Assembly (NCBI GenBank): GCA_965243205.1
Contig: CBDEUK010000002.1
Span: 1,344,001-1,408,000, forward strand
Length of the DNA stretch: 64,000 bases
DNA from: Gammaproteobacteria bacterium
Lineage (GTDB): Bacteria > Pseudomonadota > Gammaproteobacteria > Eutrophobiales > Eutrophobiaceae
Reading direction: 5' to 3'
Position 1 is the first letter of the stretch. Each line of letters opens with the position of its first letter. Below, piece by piece: positions 1 to 10,715 of the stretch. The position numbers and the translations under genes were made by a program. A model generated the notes under the pieces. It had not been told where the DNA came from. It did no database searches and worked only from the letters and a program-made list of their open reading frames with translations.

Positions 1-1786
1 TTTCAAGAAAACCATAATCATTTGCTCGCGCATAAACTGACAAAGAGTTGATCAAACCAATATTAGGTCCTTCAGGCGTTTCAATCGGACATACACGACC
101 GTAGTGAGTTGGGTGTACATCACGTACTTCGAAACCAGCACGTTCACGCGTTAAACCACCAGGGCCTAATGCTGAAATACGACGTTTGTGAGTGACTTCT
201 GATAATGGATTGTTTTGATCCATAAATTGAGATAACTGGCTTGAACCAAAGAATTCTTTGATAACAGCAGACACAGGTTTAGCGTTAATGATTTCTTGAG
301 GCATCAAACCTTCTGACTCTGCCAAACTTAAACGCTCTTTTACTGCACGTTCAACACGCACTAAACCAACACGAAATTGGTTTTCCGCCATTTCACCAAC
401 ACTTCTTACACGACGGTTACCTAGATGATCGATGTCATCAATCATGCCTTTACCATTTCGGATATCAATCAACACTCTTAATACATCAACAATATCTTCT
501 TTTGATAAAACACCTTCACCGTTGATTTCTTTACGACCAACTCGACGGTTGAACTTCATACGTCCAACAGCGGATAAGTCATAACGATCAGGGCTAAAGA
601 ATAAATTCTTAAATAAGTTTTCAGCAGCTTCTTTAGTAGGAGGTTCACCTGGACGCATCATACGATAGATTTCAATTTGAGCTTCTAAAGCATCCGTGGT
701 GGTATCTGCGCGTAAAGTATCTGCAATATAAGAACCTCGATCGAGGTCATTGGTATACAAGGTTTCAAATTCTAAATCGCTTTCCAATGCTTGTATTTTT
801 TCGAGGACTTCTTCAGTTATTTCGGTATTTGCAGGAATTAAGATCTCACCTGTTTCGGTATCGATGATGTCTTTAGCGATGACTTTACCAATCAAATAAT
901 CAACAGGTACTTCAATTTGTTCGACACCTGCCTTTTCCATTTCACGAATATGTCTGGCAGTAATTCGACGTTCTTTCTCAACGAATACTTTACCATCAGC
1001 AACAACATCAAAAGGAACAGACTCACCTTTCAAACGCTCAGGGATCAAATCAAGGAACACACTCTCGCCTGAAATACTGAATGAGTTAGTATCAAAAAAT
1101 AATTCTAAAATTTCTTGCGCACTAAAACCTAAGGCACGTAACAAAATGGTGCTGTAAATTTTACGACGACGGTCAATACGACAATACACTAAATCTTTTG
1201 GATCGAATTCGAAATCCAACCAAGAGCCACGGTAAGGAATTACCCTGGCTGAGTATAATAATTTACCCGATGAATGGGTTTTACCTCGGTCATGTTCAAA
1301 GAACACACCAGGAGAACGATGAAGTTGAGAAACAATAACACGCTCCGTTCCGTTTATGACGAAAGTGCCGGTAGGTGTCATCAAAGGCATCTCGCCCATG
1401 TAAACTTCTTGCTCTTTAATATCTTTTACAACTTTATTATTAACGCCCGCATCCTTGTCATAAATCACTAAACGGACTTTCACGCGTAGAGAAGCGGCAT
1501 ACGTTAAACCACGCAACTTACATTCCTTTACATCGAAAACCGGTGTACCAAGATTATAATTAACGTAATCGAGGCTAGCATTACCAGAGTAACTTTCGAT
1601 TGGAAATACAGATTTAAACGCAGCGTGCAAACCTTTGTCTTGTCTTTCATCAACACTAGCATCGCTTTGCAAGAAGTGTTTGAAAGAATTCACTTGGGTT
1701 TGTAATAAATTTGGTACACCCAATATGCCAGGGTTTTTACCAAAGTCTTTACGAATACGTTTTTTTTCAGTAAAGGAATAAGTCAT
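1..1786 (-). CDS. rpoB: DNA-directed RNA polymerase subunit beta, 5' part (runs off the window start)
   Basis: Manual translation from ATG at 1786 gives [16 protein letters not shown]; downstream motifs [12 protein letters not shown] and [25 protein letters not shown]; GAGG RBS; follows rplL. Confidence 0.99.
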   Translation of the reverse strand, partial: MTYSFTEKKRIRKDFGKNPGILGVPNLLQTQVNSFKHFLQSDASVDERQDKGLHAAFKSVFPIESYSGNASLDYVNYNLGTPVFDVKECKLRGLTYAASLRVKVRLVIYDKDAGVNNKVVKDIKEQEVYMGEMPLMTPTGTFVINGTERVIVSQLHRSPGVFFEHDRGKTHSSGKLLYSARVIPYRGSWLDFEFDPKDLVYCRIDRRRKIYSTILLRALGFSAQEILELFFDTNSFSISGESVFLDLIPERLKGESVPFDVVADGKVFVEKERRITARHIREMEKAGVEQIEVPVDYLIGKVIAKDIIDTETGEILIPANTEITEEVLEKIQALESDLEFETLYTNDLDRGSYIADTLRADTTTDALEAQIEIYRMMRPGEPPTKEAAENLFKNLFFSPDRYDLSAVGRMKFNRRVGRKEINGEGVLSKEDIVDVLRVLIDIRNGKGMIDDIDHLGNRRVRSVGEMAENQFRVGLVRVERAVKERLSLAESEGLMPQEIINAKPVSAVIKEFFGSSQLSQFMDQNNPLSEVTHKRRISALGPGGLTRERAGFEVRDVHPTHYGRVCPIETPEGPNIGLINSLSVYARANDYGFLE

Positions 1787-1827
1787 TATGTTTCCTCACA
1801 TAAGTGATTGGAAATACGTCTTTTGGA

Positions 1828-1867
1828 AAGACAAAAGCAGGTCGGCGACCCAGCAAGGTCACCAACC
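1828..1867 (-). terminator. rplL-rpoB intergenic attenuator-like hairpin (equivalent to Pseudomonas P26 / E. coli rpoB attenuator)
   Basis: Minus strand GGUUGGUGACC-UUGCUG-GGUCGCCGACC followed by UGCUUUUGUCUUU; conserved position. Confidence 0.7.
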
Positions 1868-1908
1868 CGGTTAACATACAGCAATTTTGCTGACAAGAAT
1901 CGAGCCAA

Positions 1909-2292
1909 CTACTTGACTTCGACAGTAGCGCCAGCTTCTTCTAATTGCTTTTTGATGTCTTCTGCTTCTTCTTTCGAAACAGCTTCTTTTAATGGAGAAG
2001 GCGCGCCTTCAACCAGTTCTTTCGCTTCTTTCAAGCCTAAACCAGTTACGCCGCGAACTGCTTTAATAACAGCTACTTTATTGTCGCCGAAACCAGCAAG
2101 AACAACATCGAACTCAGATTTTTCTTCAGCAGCAGCGCCAGCGTCACCACCAGCACCTGGAGCTGCAGCAACTGCTACAGGAGCAGCAGCAGAAACGCCC
2201 CACTCTTCTTCCAGTTCATTGATAAGTTCAACCAGTTCCATAACTGGCATTTGACCTAATGCTTCTTTAACTTCTTCACGTGATACAGCCAT
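1909..2292 (-). CDS. rplL: 50S ribosomal protein L7/L12
   Basis: Ala-rich hinge, [25 protein letters not shown]. Confidence 0.99.
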   Translation of the reverse strand: MAVSREEVKEALGQMPVMELVELINELEEEWGVSAAAPVAVAAAPGAGGDAGAAAEEKSEFDVVLAGFGDNKVAVIKAVRGVTGLGLKEAKELVEGAPSPLKEAVSKEEAEDIKKQLEEAGATVEVK

Positions 2293-2352
2293 TTTATTGA
2301 CTCCTAAAAATAAATTTAAAAATGTTTTATTAAGTAAGTTTCGTACTGAGGC

Positions 2353-2874
2353 TTAAGCCGCTTGATCGCGTTTAGCCGCCAATAATCTTGCGAACTTCGA
2401 TTGAGGTTCAGCAATAGTACGAACAAATTTGGACATAGGCGCTTGCAACAGACCCAAGAACATCGCTCTAGCTTCATCAAGAGATGGCATTTTCGCCAGT
2501 TTCTCAATGTCGTTTGCTGGTAATAACTGACCATCAATTGAGACCAGTTTTACAACGAGCTTGTCATTGTCTTTGCTAAAGTCACGAATAACCTTTGCAG
2601 CAGAGCCTGGCTCATCGTTTGAAAACGCCAGAATCAACTGCCCTACCAAGCCTTCGCGCATGCATTCAAATGACGTGTCTTCTAAAGCTCTTCGAGCCAA
2701 AGTATTTCGAACAACACGCAGATAAATACCGGCTTCTCGTGCTTTGTTACGTAGTTCGGTCATTTCTGAAACCGTTAAACCACTGTACTCAGCAGCGATG
2801 GCGGTAGGAGCCTTGGACGCAACTTCGGCAACTTCTGCAACAATTGCCTGTTTTTGCTCAAGATTGAGACTCAC
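2353..2874 (-). CDS. rplJ: 50S ribosomal protein L10
   Basis: SLNLEQKQAIVAEV, VVRNTLARRA; start moved to GTG 2874 behind a GGAGGT RBS at 2881-2886. Confidence 0.98.
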   Translation of the reverse strand: MSLNLEQKQAIVAEVAEVASKAPTAIAAEYSGLTVSEMTELRNKAREAGIYLRVVRNTLARRALEDTSFECMREGLVGQLILAFSNDEPGSAAKVIRDFSKDNDKLVVKLVSIDGQLLPANDIEKLAKMPSLDEARAMFLGLLQAPMSKFVRTIAEPQSKFARLLAAKRDQAA

Positions 2875-2980
2875 AGTAATACCTCCAATTAGTGTGATGA
2901 CATTGGGCGAAACCCAATCCATTTATGTTCATCACGATTAACAATTACGGTGGCTATCTCACAGAAAAATACTGTTAGGG

Positions 2981-3060
2981 TAACACCGTCTGCGTAGGTA
3001 ATTCTCAGTACATTAAGTAATTTTATTGTAAACAATAAAATTACACCTACGGTCTTTGAC
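2981..3060 (-). promoter_or_regulatory. L10 leader (rplJ autogenous control RNA)
   Basis: Minus strand GUCAAAGACCGUAGGUG...ACUUAA...CCUACGCAGACGGUG, the typical proteobacterial L10 leader, in the rplA-rplJ spacer. Confidence 0.85.
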
Positions 3061-3139
3061 GTCTGAACATTCCATTGTCCAGCCCAAAGTCTATTGACTA
3101 CTTGTTATATAAATACAATTAACAAATAGATGTAAAAAT

Positions 3140-3832
3140 TTAAACCATAGAAGAATGATCAACCAATAAACCTGGGCCCATAGTGGTTGATAATGAAACC
3201 TTCTTCATATAAATGCCTTTCGCACTGCTTGGTTTAGCTTTTATTAAATCTGCAATTAATGATTCGAGATTTTCTTTTAGTGCTTCTGGCTCGAATGAAA
3301 CTTTGCCAATTGCACAATGCACAATACCGTTTTTATCAGCACGGAAACGCACTTGACCTGATTTCGCATTCGTAACTGCTTGACCAACATCTTTAGTCAC
3401 GGTTCCAACCTTAGGGTTAGGCATTAATCCTCTTGGGCCAAGTATCTTACCTAAACGACCTACGATCGGCATGGCATCTGGGCTAGCGATCACAACATCG
3501 TAATTGATATCGCCACCTTTCATGCTAGCTTCTAAATCTTCAAACCCGACCACATCGGCACCAGCTTCTTTCGCTTGATCAGCTAATTCACCCTGGGCAA
3601 ATACAGCTACTTTAACTGTTTTACCAGTACCTTTTGGTAACACGGTTGAACCACGAACCACTTGGTCTGATTTTCTTGGATCAACACCAAGATTCACTGC
3701 AACTTCAACCGATTCGTCGAATTTTACTTTTGAACATTCTTTTAATAATGAAAAAGCTTCCAAAATGTCATAAGTGTTATCTGGGTTAATTTTTTCAGCG
3801 ATCATTTTTGCGCGTTTTGATAATTTAGTCAT
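3140..3832 (-). CDS. rplA: 50S ribosomal protein L1
   Basis: [36 protein letters not shown]. Confidence 0.99.
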   Translation of the reverse strand: MTKLSKRAKMIAEKINPDNTYDILEAFSLLKECSKVKFDESVEVAVNLGVDPRKSDQVVRGSTVLPKGTGKTVKVAVFAQGELADQAKEAGADVVGFEDLEASMKGGDINYDVVIASPDAMPIVGRLGKILGPRGLMPNPKVGTVTKDVGQAVTNAKSGQVRFRADKNGIVHCAIGKVSFEPEALKENLESLIADLIKAKPSSAKGIYMKKVSLSTTMGPGLLVDHSSMV

Positions 3833-4264
3833 TTACACGCCCTCCGTATCGATACCCATACTGCGAGCAGTTCCCGCAATGGTTCTTACTGCTGCATCCA
3901 TATCTGCAGCCGTTAAATCAGGCTCTTTAGTTTTCGCAATTTCTTCTAATTGTTCGCGAGTTACCTTACCTACTTTTTCTGTATGAGGTGTACCACTACC
4001 ACTCTTTACACCAGCCGCTTTTTTCAACAAGGTTGAAGCTGGTGTGGTTTTGGTAACAAAGGTGAAACTCTTATCAGAGAAAACTGTAATAACCACAGGA
4101 ACAGGAAGGCCTTGTTCCATAGATTGAGTCTGAGCATTGAATGCTTTACAGAACTCCATAATGTTCAAACCATGTTGACCTAAAGCTGGACCAACGGGTG
4201 GACTTGGATTTGCCTGACCAGCAGGCACCTGTAATTTGACATAAGTGTCGATTTTTTTAGCCAT
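3833..4264 (-). CDS. rplK: 50S ribosomal protein L11
   Basis: [24 protein letters not shown]. Confidence 0.99.
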   Translation of the reverse strand: MAKKIDTYVKLQVPAGQANPSPPVGPALGQHGLNIMEFCKAFNAQTQSMEQGLPVPVVITVFSDKSFTFVTKTTPASTLLKKAAGVKSGSGTPHTEKVGKVTREQLEEIAKTKEPDLTAADMDAAVRTIAGTARSMGIDTEGV

Positions 4265-4274
4265 TAGAGACTAC

Positions 4275-4320
4275 CTCCATTGGGTGCAAACGCATATTGT
4301 CTTTCAAATATGCTCCCCGT
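4275..4320 (-). promoter_or_regulatory. L1-binding leader of the rplK-rplA operon
   Basis: Minus strand GGGGAGCAUAUU...AAUAUGCGUUUGCACCC just upstream of the GGAGGU SD, like the E. coli L11-operon L1 site. Confidence 0.75.
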
Positions 4321-4372
4321 TATTTAAATAAACTGAACTATTGTCCAGCAATCATAAAACTTTTAGCAAAAA

Positions 4373-4906
4373 CTATTCTTTTGCAACTTGGCCAAACTCC
4401 AATTCAACAGGAGTTGAACGACCAAAAATAAGAACCGATACACGTAAGCGGCTCTTTTCATAATTCACTTCTTCAACCACACCATTAAAGTCTGTAAATG
4501 GGCCTTCTGTAACTCGTACCACTTCGCCTGGTTCGAATAAGATTTTAGGTCTTGGTTTATCAACGCCATCCTCAACACGCTGTAAGATTGTATTGGCTTC
4601 TTTTTCAGTGATTGGCGCAGGCCGATCACTAGTGCCTCCAATAAAACCTAGAACGCGTGGCGCATCTTTCACTAAATGCCAACTGTCATCATCCATTTCC
4701 ATTTGTACTAAGACATAACCAGGAAAAAATTTACGATCACTTTTACGCTTTTTACCATCGCGCATCTCGACTACTTCTTCAGTCGGCACTAAGATCTCAC
4801 CAAATTTTTCTTGCAAACCACTACGTTCGATACGTTCTTTCAGAGAACGCATAACGTGATTTTCAAAGCCCGAATAGGCATGGACTACATACCATTTTAG
4901 AGCCAC
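4373..4906 (-). CDS. nusG: Transcription termination/antitermination factor NusG
   Basis: [22 protein letters not shown] motif, [10 protein letters not shown]. Confidence 0.99.
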   Translation of the reverse strand: MALKWYVVHAYSGFENHVMRSLKERIERSGLQEKFGEILVPTEEVVEMRDGKKRKSDRKFFPGYVLVQMEMDDDSWHLVKDAPRVLGFIGGTSDRPAPITEKEANTILQRVEDGVDKPRPKILFEPGEVVRVTEGPFTDFNGVVEEVNYEKSRLRVSVLIFGRSTPVELEFGQVAKE

Positions 4907-4909
4907 GGA

Positions 4910-5290
4910 TTAACCTCCATGTCCAAGTATCGAACCAATAGACCAGCCCAAAAACATATCTAACAACCAAAGAAATACCGCCATTAATACAACCATAACC
5001 ACAACAAACAAGGTCATTTGTGTAGTTTCTTGTTTGGTCGGCCAAACGACTTTTTTAACTTCTGTTTGGGTATTTTGAAATAAACTCCAATAACCTCGGC
5101 CAGTTTCAGTTTGCATTGCGATAAATGCAGCGATACCCACTGCAACAAGCAAACCTATTACTCGGTACAATAATGATTGATCGGCATACCAATAAAAGCC
5201 AAACACTGCGGCAGCCAATATCAATAAGGCAATTATTAACTTCAGTACATCAAGACCTGAGTTTGAGTCTGTTTCTACTTTTGTATTCAT
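4910..5290 (-). CDS. secE: Preprotein translocase subunit SecE (3-TM form)
   Basis: EVKKVVWPT motif; lies between tRNA-Trp and nusG. Confidence 0.97.
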   Translation of the reverse strand: MNTKVETDSNSGLDVLKLIIALLILAAAVFGFYWYADQSLLYRVIGLLVAVGIAAFIAMQTETGRGYWSLFQNTQTEVKKVVWPTKQETTQMTLFVVVMVVLMAVFLWLLDMFLGWSIGSILGHGG

Positions 5291-5325
5291 CTAATAATTT
5301 ATAGTTTCTTATGCTAACCAGTAAA

Positions 5326-5401
5326 TGGCAGGCCAGGAGGGAATCGAACCCCCAACCTACGGTTTTGGAGACCGTCGCTCTGCCAATTGAGCTACTGGCC
5401 T
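5326..5401 (-). tRNA. tRNA-Trp (CCA)
   Basis: AGGCCAGTAGCTCAATTGGCAGAGCGACGGTCTCCAAAACCGT...GGTTCGATTCCCTCCTGGCCTGCCA. Confidence 0.98.
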
Positions 5402-5421
5402 AATTAGCTTGTAATTTCTAC

Positions 5422-6612
5422 TTACTCAATAATTTTAGCGACGACACCCGCACCGACGGTACGACCACCTTCACGAATCGCGAAGCGTAAACCTTCTTCC
5501 ATCGCAATCGGCGCTATCAATGTAACAGTCATCTTAACGTTATCACCCGGCATCACCATCTCAGTGCCACTCGGTAATTCACATGCACCTGTAACATCAG
5601 TGGTTCTAAAATAAAATTGAGGACGGTAATTGTTGAAGAATGGCGTATGACGGCCACCTTCATCTTTCGATAACACATACACTTCCGCTTCAAATTTAGT
5701 ATGTGGTGTAATTGAACCTGGGACACATAATACCTGTCCACGTTCAACTTCTTCACGCTTGGTACCACGCAGTAACACACCCACGTTATCACCCGCTTGA
5801 CCTTCATCTAGAAGTTTGCGGAACATCTCAACACCCGTACATGTCGTCTTTTGGGTCTCTTTAATACCCACAATCTCTATCTCATCACCCACGTGGATAA
5901 TACCGCGCTCAACACGACCCGTAACAACCGTTCCACGACCAGAGATACTGAATACATCTTCAATCGGCATCAAGAATTGCTGGTCAACCGGACGCTCAGG
6001 GACCGGGAAGTATTCGTCCATCTCAGCTACCAATTTCTCAATCGCTGGAATACCAATATCACTGGTATCACCTTCAATCGCTTTTAAGGCTGAACCGGTA
6101 ACAATCGGAGTATCATCCCCAGGAAAATCGTAGCTGTCTAACAACTCACGCACTTCCATCTCAACCAATTCTAATAATTCCGCATCATCAACTTGGTCGG
6201 CTTTGTTGAGGAATACAACAATGTAAGGAACACCTACTTGGCGAGATAATAAGATATGCTCACGAGTTTGTGGCATAGGACCATCGGCTGCTGAACAAAC
6301 CAATATCGCTCCGTCCATTTGCGCAGCACCCGTAATCATGTTCTTCACATAATCCGCGTGCCCTGGGCAGTCAACGTGTGCGTAGTGACGAGTATCACTT
6401 TCATACTCAACGTGAGCCGTCGAAATCGTAATACCACGTTCTCTTTCTTCCGGAGCATTATCAATCTGGTCGTAAGCCTTAGCCTCACCACCATGCTTCT
6501 CAGTCATCACTTTGGTTATCGCTGCTGTCAATGTCGTCTTACCATGGTCAACGTGACCTATTGTTCCTACATTCACATGCGGTTTCGTGCGTTCGAATTT
6601 TTCCTTAGACAT
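5422..6612 (-). CDS. tuf: Elongation factor Tu
   Basis: [36 protein letters not shown]. Confidence 0.99.
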   Translation of the reverse strand: MSKEKFERTKPHVNVGTIGHVDHGKTTLTAAITKVMTEKHGGEAKAYDQIDNAPEERERGITISTAHVEYESDTRHYAHVDCPGHADYVKNMITGAAQMDGAILVCSAADGPMPQTREHILLSRQVGVPYIVVFLNKADQVDDAELLELVEMEVRELLDSYDFPGDDTPIVTGSALKAIEGDTSDIGIPAIEKLVAEMDEYFPVPERPVDQQFLMPIEDVFSISGRGTVVTGRVERGIIHVGDEIEIVGIKETQKTTCTGVEMFRKLLDEGQAGDNVGVLLRGTKREEVERGQVLCVPGSITPHTKFEAEVYVLSKDEGGRHTPFFNNYRPQFYFRTTDVTGACELPSGTEMVMPGDNVKMTVTLIAPIAMEEGLRFAIREGGRTVGAGVVAKIIE

Positions 6613-6670
6613 TTTTTATCTCCGGACCTATACCTTATATATATGTTAATAAAAATTACTTGTTAAAAAC

Positions 6671-6746
<76 letters not shown>

Positions 6747-6819
6747 AAAACTTTATTCTTATTTGCCCTTAAACCTATAAAAAAGGTTTTATAATTCAAT
6801 CACTTAAAAATCTTTAAGA

Positions 6820-6893
<74 letters not shown>

Positions 6894-6943
6894 GATAGTA
6901 TTCAATTAAGTAGCTCTAATTCTCTCTGTCCATCTAGATTTCG

Positions 6944-7028
6944 TGGTGGAGGGGGCTGGATTCGAACCAGCGTACTCAGAGAGAACGGATTTACAGTCCG
7001 TCGCCTTTAACCACTCGGCCACCCCTCC
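6944..7028 (-). tRNA. tRNA-Tyr (GTA)
   Basis: GGAGGGGTGGCCGAGTGGTTAAAGGCGACGGACTGTAAATCCGT, long variable arm, 3' CCA. Confidence 0.98.
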
Positions 7029-7037
7029 AAAAATCAA

Positions 7038-7073
7038 GCCGTGCATTGTTATTTAAAGTTCAGGCAGTGTCAA
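7038..7073 (-). promoter_or_regulatory. Sigma70 stable-RNA promoter of the tRNA-tuf operon
   Basis: TTGACA-17 bp-AACAAT followed by GC-rich discriminator GCACGGC, just upstream of tRNA-Tyr. Confidence 0.7.
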
Positions 7074-7124
7074 TCGTGTCAAGGAGATTTTTCAAGGATT
7101 TAACAAATCTTTTATATATATTCT

Positions 7125-7697
7125 CTAACCGCCTGGGCGAATGACCTCTCCAGTGATTCCATGGCGTATTTCTGTTGGTTGTTGTCTATCTCCCAAAGGC
7201 CCTGAATAGATGAAATCGAGGTGGTTTTGGAAATAATCGTGTACCTGCTCTGAGGTTTTCGCTGGCTCTTTCATAGCAGGGTTAGCACTGGTGGAAATCA
7301 ATGGCCCTACTTGATGACATAATTTTTTCACAATGGGATGGTCAGAGACACGAACGGCGATAAATTCAGAACCACCCGTGATCCAATCAGAAACTGCTTC
7401 TTTGACAGGTAATAACCATGTCACTGGACCTGGCCATGTATTCTTTACTTCATCAAACCGCATGTCGCCACTTGTATCTATATAGGGATAAAGTTGTTCA
7501 ATCGTTTCTGCTACTACTATAAGACCTTTTTCTTTGGAACGTTGCTTCAAATTAAGTAGTCTTCTTATAGAAGACTCAAATTTTGGCAGACAACCTAGAC
7601 CATAAACAGCCTCCGTTGGATAAGCGATAATACCTCCAGAAACTAATGCCGAAGCTGCTTTATTTAATATAATAGTGTCTTGAGTATGAACATTCAT
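7125..7697 (-). CDS. tsaC: L-threonylcarbamoyladenylate synthase (YrdC/Sua5 family)
   Basis: IAYPTEAVYGLGC, KQRSKEKGLI, WPGPVT, STSAN. Confidence 0.95.
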   Translation of the reverse strand: MNVHTQDTIILNKAASALVSGGIIAYPTEAVYGLGCLPKFESSIRRLLNLKQRSKEKGLIVVAETIEQLYPYIDTSGDMRFDEVKNTWPGPVTWLLPVKEAVSDWITGGSEFIAVRVSDHPIVKKLCHQVGPLISTSANPAMKEPAKTSEQVHDYFQNHLDFIYSGPLGDRQQPTEIRHGITGEVIRPGG

Positions 7698-7719
7698 AAC
7701 TTGATTATTTTATGAATGA

Positions 7720-10164
7720 TTATTTAGACGCTTTCTTTTTTGTAGTTTTCTTACTGGCTTTTTTGGTCGTTTTTTTTGTAGTTTTTTTAGCAACTTTCTT
7801 TGTTGTTTTCTTAGTTGTCTTTTTCGCTACCTTCTTAGTTGTTTTCTTCGCAACTTTCTTAGTGGTTTTTTTCTTACCACGGCGACGGCTAGCAGGTGCT
7901 TCAGCAATCATTCTTTGACAATCTTCTAATGTAAGTGATTTTGGCTCGACATCTTTAGGAATTTTTGCATTCTTCTCACCGTCTGTGACGTAAGGACCAT
8001 AACGGCCATTGAGTACAGATATCCCTTCTTCCTTGAATATTTTGATTTCTCGATTAGCATCGAATTCTTTTTTCTCTTTAACTAAGACTAATGCCTCTTC
8101 CAAAGTTACTGTGTATGGATCTTTATCTTTTAGAGATACAAACTTACTGCCATATCTAATATAAGGACCAAAGCGGCCAATATTCGCAGCAACTTCTTCA
8201 CCTTCATCCGTAAAACCTAAATCTCTTGGTAATTTGAAAAGCTCCATCGCTTCTTCAAACGTAATGCTATCCATTTTTTGGCCAGGCCGTAGGCCAGCAA
8301 ATTTTGGTTTTTCTTCATCCTCTTTAGTACCAATTTGCACATAAGGTCCATAACGTCCCATTCGCACAGAAACCGGAGAACCCGTTTTTGGATCCTTCCC
8401 TAATTCTCTAGAGTTAATCGCCTCGTCACGACTAACTGTTTCTTCTTTATCTTTTAATTGCGTATCGAATGGTTTCCAAAATTCTTCCATAACCGGAACC
8501 CATTCTTTTTCTCCACGAGAAATTGCATCTAACTCATCTTCCATTTTTGCAGTGAAAGCATAATCCACATAATCCGTAAAATGTGAGGTAAGAAACTTGT
8601 TAACGATTTTGCCAACATCAGTAGGCTCAAAACGTTTTTTCTCTAATTCAACATATTCACGCGACTTCAATGTATAAATAATGCTGGCATAGGTTGAAGG
8701 GCGACCGATACCATATTCTTCTAACGTTTTTACCAAACTCGCTTCGGTATATCTTGGAGGTGGTTCAGTAAAATGCTGATCGGCTTTAATATCATTAAGA
8801 TCTAATGTGTCACCTTCTTTCATTGGCGGTAAGATCTTTTCATCATTTTCATCTTGTGCATCATCTTTACCTTCTAGATACACCGCCATGAAACCAGGTT
8901 CTTTTATCGTTGAACCCGTAGCACGAAAAATACCTTGCCCACCACAATCTAAATCCACACCGACTGTATTAATCGTAGCGTGGATCATTTGACTAGCAAC
9001 TGTTCGTTTCCAGATCAAGTCATACAACTTAATTTGATCTTTGGATAAAAACTTCTTCAACGAAGCCGGATCTCGATCAACCGATGTAGGACGTATACCT
9101 TCATGAGCTTCCTGTGCATTCTTAGATTTATTTTTATAAACCCTTGGAGATTCAGGCACATTATCTTTGCCATATTTATGTTCTATATATTGACGAATTT
9201 CTGCAATCGCTTCGTTTGCCAATGTTACTGAATCCGTACGCATGTAAGTAATTAAACCAACGGCGCCTTCTCCAATATCAATACCTTCGTATAGTTGTTG
9301 CGCAGTACGCATTGTTTGTTGCGCACTAAAACCTAATTTACGAATCGCTTCTTGTTGCAAAGTAGAAGTAATGAATGGTGCTGTTGGTTGACGTTTACGC
9401 TCCTTCTCTTCAACTTTTTTTACAACTAACTTTCCTTTCGCAGAGCTTAATAAATTTTGTTTGGCTTCTGTCGCTGCTTTTTCATTATCAATCGTGAATT
9501 GTTTTAATTTCTCACCTTGATAAAAAGTCAATTTAGCCGCAACTTTTGATTTTCCTTTTTTGCTATCCGCTTCGATCGTCCAATATTCTTTAGGTACAAA
9601 CTTTTCAATTTCTTCTTCACGTTCACAAATCATTCGTAGAGCAGGACTTTGCACACGACCAGCAGACAAACCTCGACGAATTTTTTTCCAAAGCAATGGG
9701 GAAAGATTAAAACCGACTAAATAATCTAAAACGCGTCGAGCTTGTTGAGCATTAATTAAATCGTCGGATAATTCTCTTGGTGATGCGATAGCATCATTAA
9801 CTGCAGACTTGGTAACTTCATGAAACACAACCCGATGTACATCTTTTTGGTTCAAATCACCTTGCTCTTTCAACATTTCATATAAATGCCATGAAATAGC
9901 TTCACCTTCTCTATCCGGGTCAGTCGCAAGATAAAGTGTATCGGCTTTTTTTAGCGCTTTAGAAATAGCATCAACATGTTTTGCATTTTTTTCAATCTGC
10001 TCAAACTTCATTGAAAAATTGTCTTCGGTATCAACCGCGCCAGTTTTAGGTAATAAGTCTCTTACATGACCATAGGATGCAAGTACTTTAAAACCCTTGC
10101 CTAAGTATCTTTCGAGAGTTTTTGCTTTAGCGGGTGATTCAACAACGACGAGTGATTTACTCAT
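7720..10164 (-). CDS. topA: DNA topoisomerase I with GRYGPY-type C-terminal repeats and a Lys-rich tail
   Basis: VVVESPAKAKT, ATDPDREGE, SAGRVQS, ITYMRTD. Confidence 0.99.
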   Translation of the reverse strand: MSKSLVVVESPAKAKTLERYLGKGFKVLASYGHVRDLLPKTGAVDTEDNFSMKFEQIEKNAKHVDAISKALKKADTLYLATDPDREGEAISWHLYEMLKEQGDLNQKDVHRVVFHEVTKSAVNDAIASPRELSDDLINAQQARRVLDYLVGFNLSPLLWKKIRRGLSAGRVQSPALRMICEREEEIEKFVPKEYWTIEADSKKGKSKVAAKLTFYQGEKLKQFTIDNEKAATEAKQNLLSSAKGKLVVKKVEEKERKRQPTAPFITSTLQQEAIRKLGFSAQQTMRTAQQLYEGIDIGEGAVGLITYMRTDSVTLANEAIAEIRQYIEHKYGKDNVPESPRVYKNKSKNAQEAHEGIRPTSVDRDPASLKKFLSKDQIKLYDLIWKRTVASQMIHATINTVGVDLDCGGQGIFRATGSTIKEPGFMAVYLEGKDDAQDENDEKILPPMKEGDTLDLNDIKADQHFTEPPPRYTEASLVKTLEEYGIGRPSTYASIIYTLKSREYVELEKKRFEPTDVGKIVNKFLTSHFTDYVDYAFTAKMEDELDAISRGEKEWVPVMEEFWKPFDTQLKDKEETVSRDEAINSRELGKDPKTGSPVSVRMGRYGPYVQIGTKEDEEKPKFAGLRPGQKMDSITFEEAMELFKLPRDLGFTDEGEEVAANIGRFGPYIRYGSKFVSLKDKDPYTVTLEEALVLVKEKKEFDANREIKIFKEEGISVLNGRYGPYVTDGEKNAKIPKDVEPKSLTLEDCQRMIAEAPASRRRGKKKTTKKVAKKTTKKVAKKTTKKTTKKVAKKTTKKTTKKASKKTTKKKASK
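7723..7890 (-). repeat. Degenerate tandem repeat encoding KKTT/KKVA units at the TopA C-terminus
   Basis: KKKTTKKVAKKTTKKVAKKTTKKTTKKVAKKTTKKTTKKASKKTTKKKASK. Confidence 0.9.
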
Positions 10165-10229
10165 AAACGAGAGTTACCTTAACTGATATATCCTGAATAT
10201 GTACTTATCTCAACGCAAGTACGTTTTTA

Positions 10230-10700
10230 TTAATGTATGTTACCTTCTACTTCTTCCATCATGATATCTTCCATCCATGCATAAGCAGCTTCTTTACCTG
10301 GCTGGTTTAACAATACCATTAATATTACCCATTTAAGCTGCTGCAATTCAATTTCTTCTGTATCAAGAGCCATAACCCTATCAATCACAAACTCTCGATC
10401 ATTCGGATCTAAAATATTAGCTTGTTCTAAAAATGTTAATAAACCTCGACAATCGACATTAAGTTTCTGCTGTTCGATATCATTATAAACTCTTAACGAT
10501 GCAGAAGTTTTCAATCCGCTACTGTTTTGCTCGATAGTTAGACCATCAAGCCAGTCAAACGCGCGATTGACTTGCTGATCCTGAAAACCAGCTTCTCGCA
10601 ATTGTAATCGTAACGTTTCTTGATCGGGTGTGTAATTTATTTCTTCATCTATATATTGATCAAATAAATACATCAACACATCCAAGACACTTTCTTTCAT
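10230..10700 (-). CDS. smg: Smg / DUF494 family protein
   Basis: VLDVLMYLF, AFDWLDGL, LKWVILMVL; lies between dprA and topA. Confidence 0.93.
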   Translation of the reverse strand: MKESVLDVLMYLFDQYIDEEINYTPDQETLRLQLREAGFQDQQVNRAFDWLDGLTIEQNSSGLKTSASLRVYNDIEQQKLNVDCRGLLTFLEQANILDPNDREFVIDRVMALDTEEIELQQLKWVILMVLLNQPGKEAAYAWMEDIMMEEVEGNIH

Positions 10701-10715
10701 ATTCTTCAGCCCGTA

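Noticed and set aside
7712-7918. Very hydrophobic plus-strand ORF (FFVVFL repeats) resembling a membrane peptide
   Set aside because: It is the antisense shadow of the TopA Lys/Thr tail; AAA codons read TTT on the other strand
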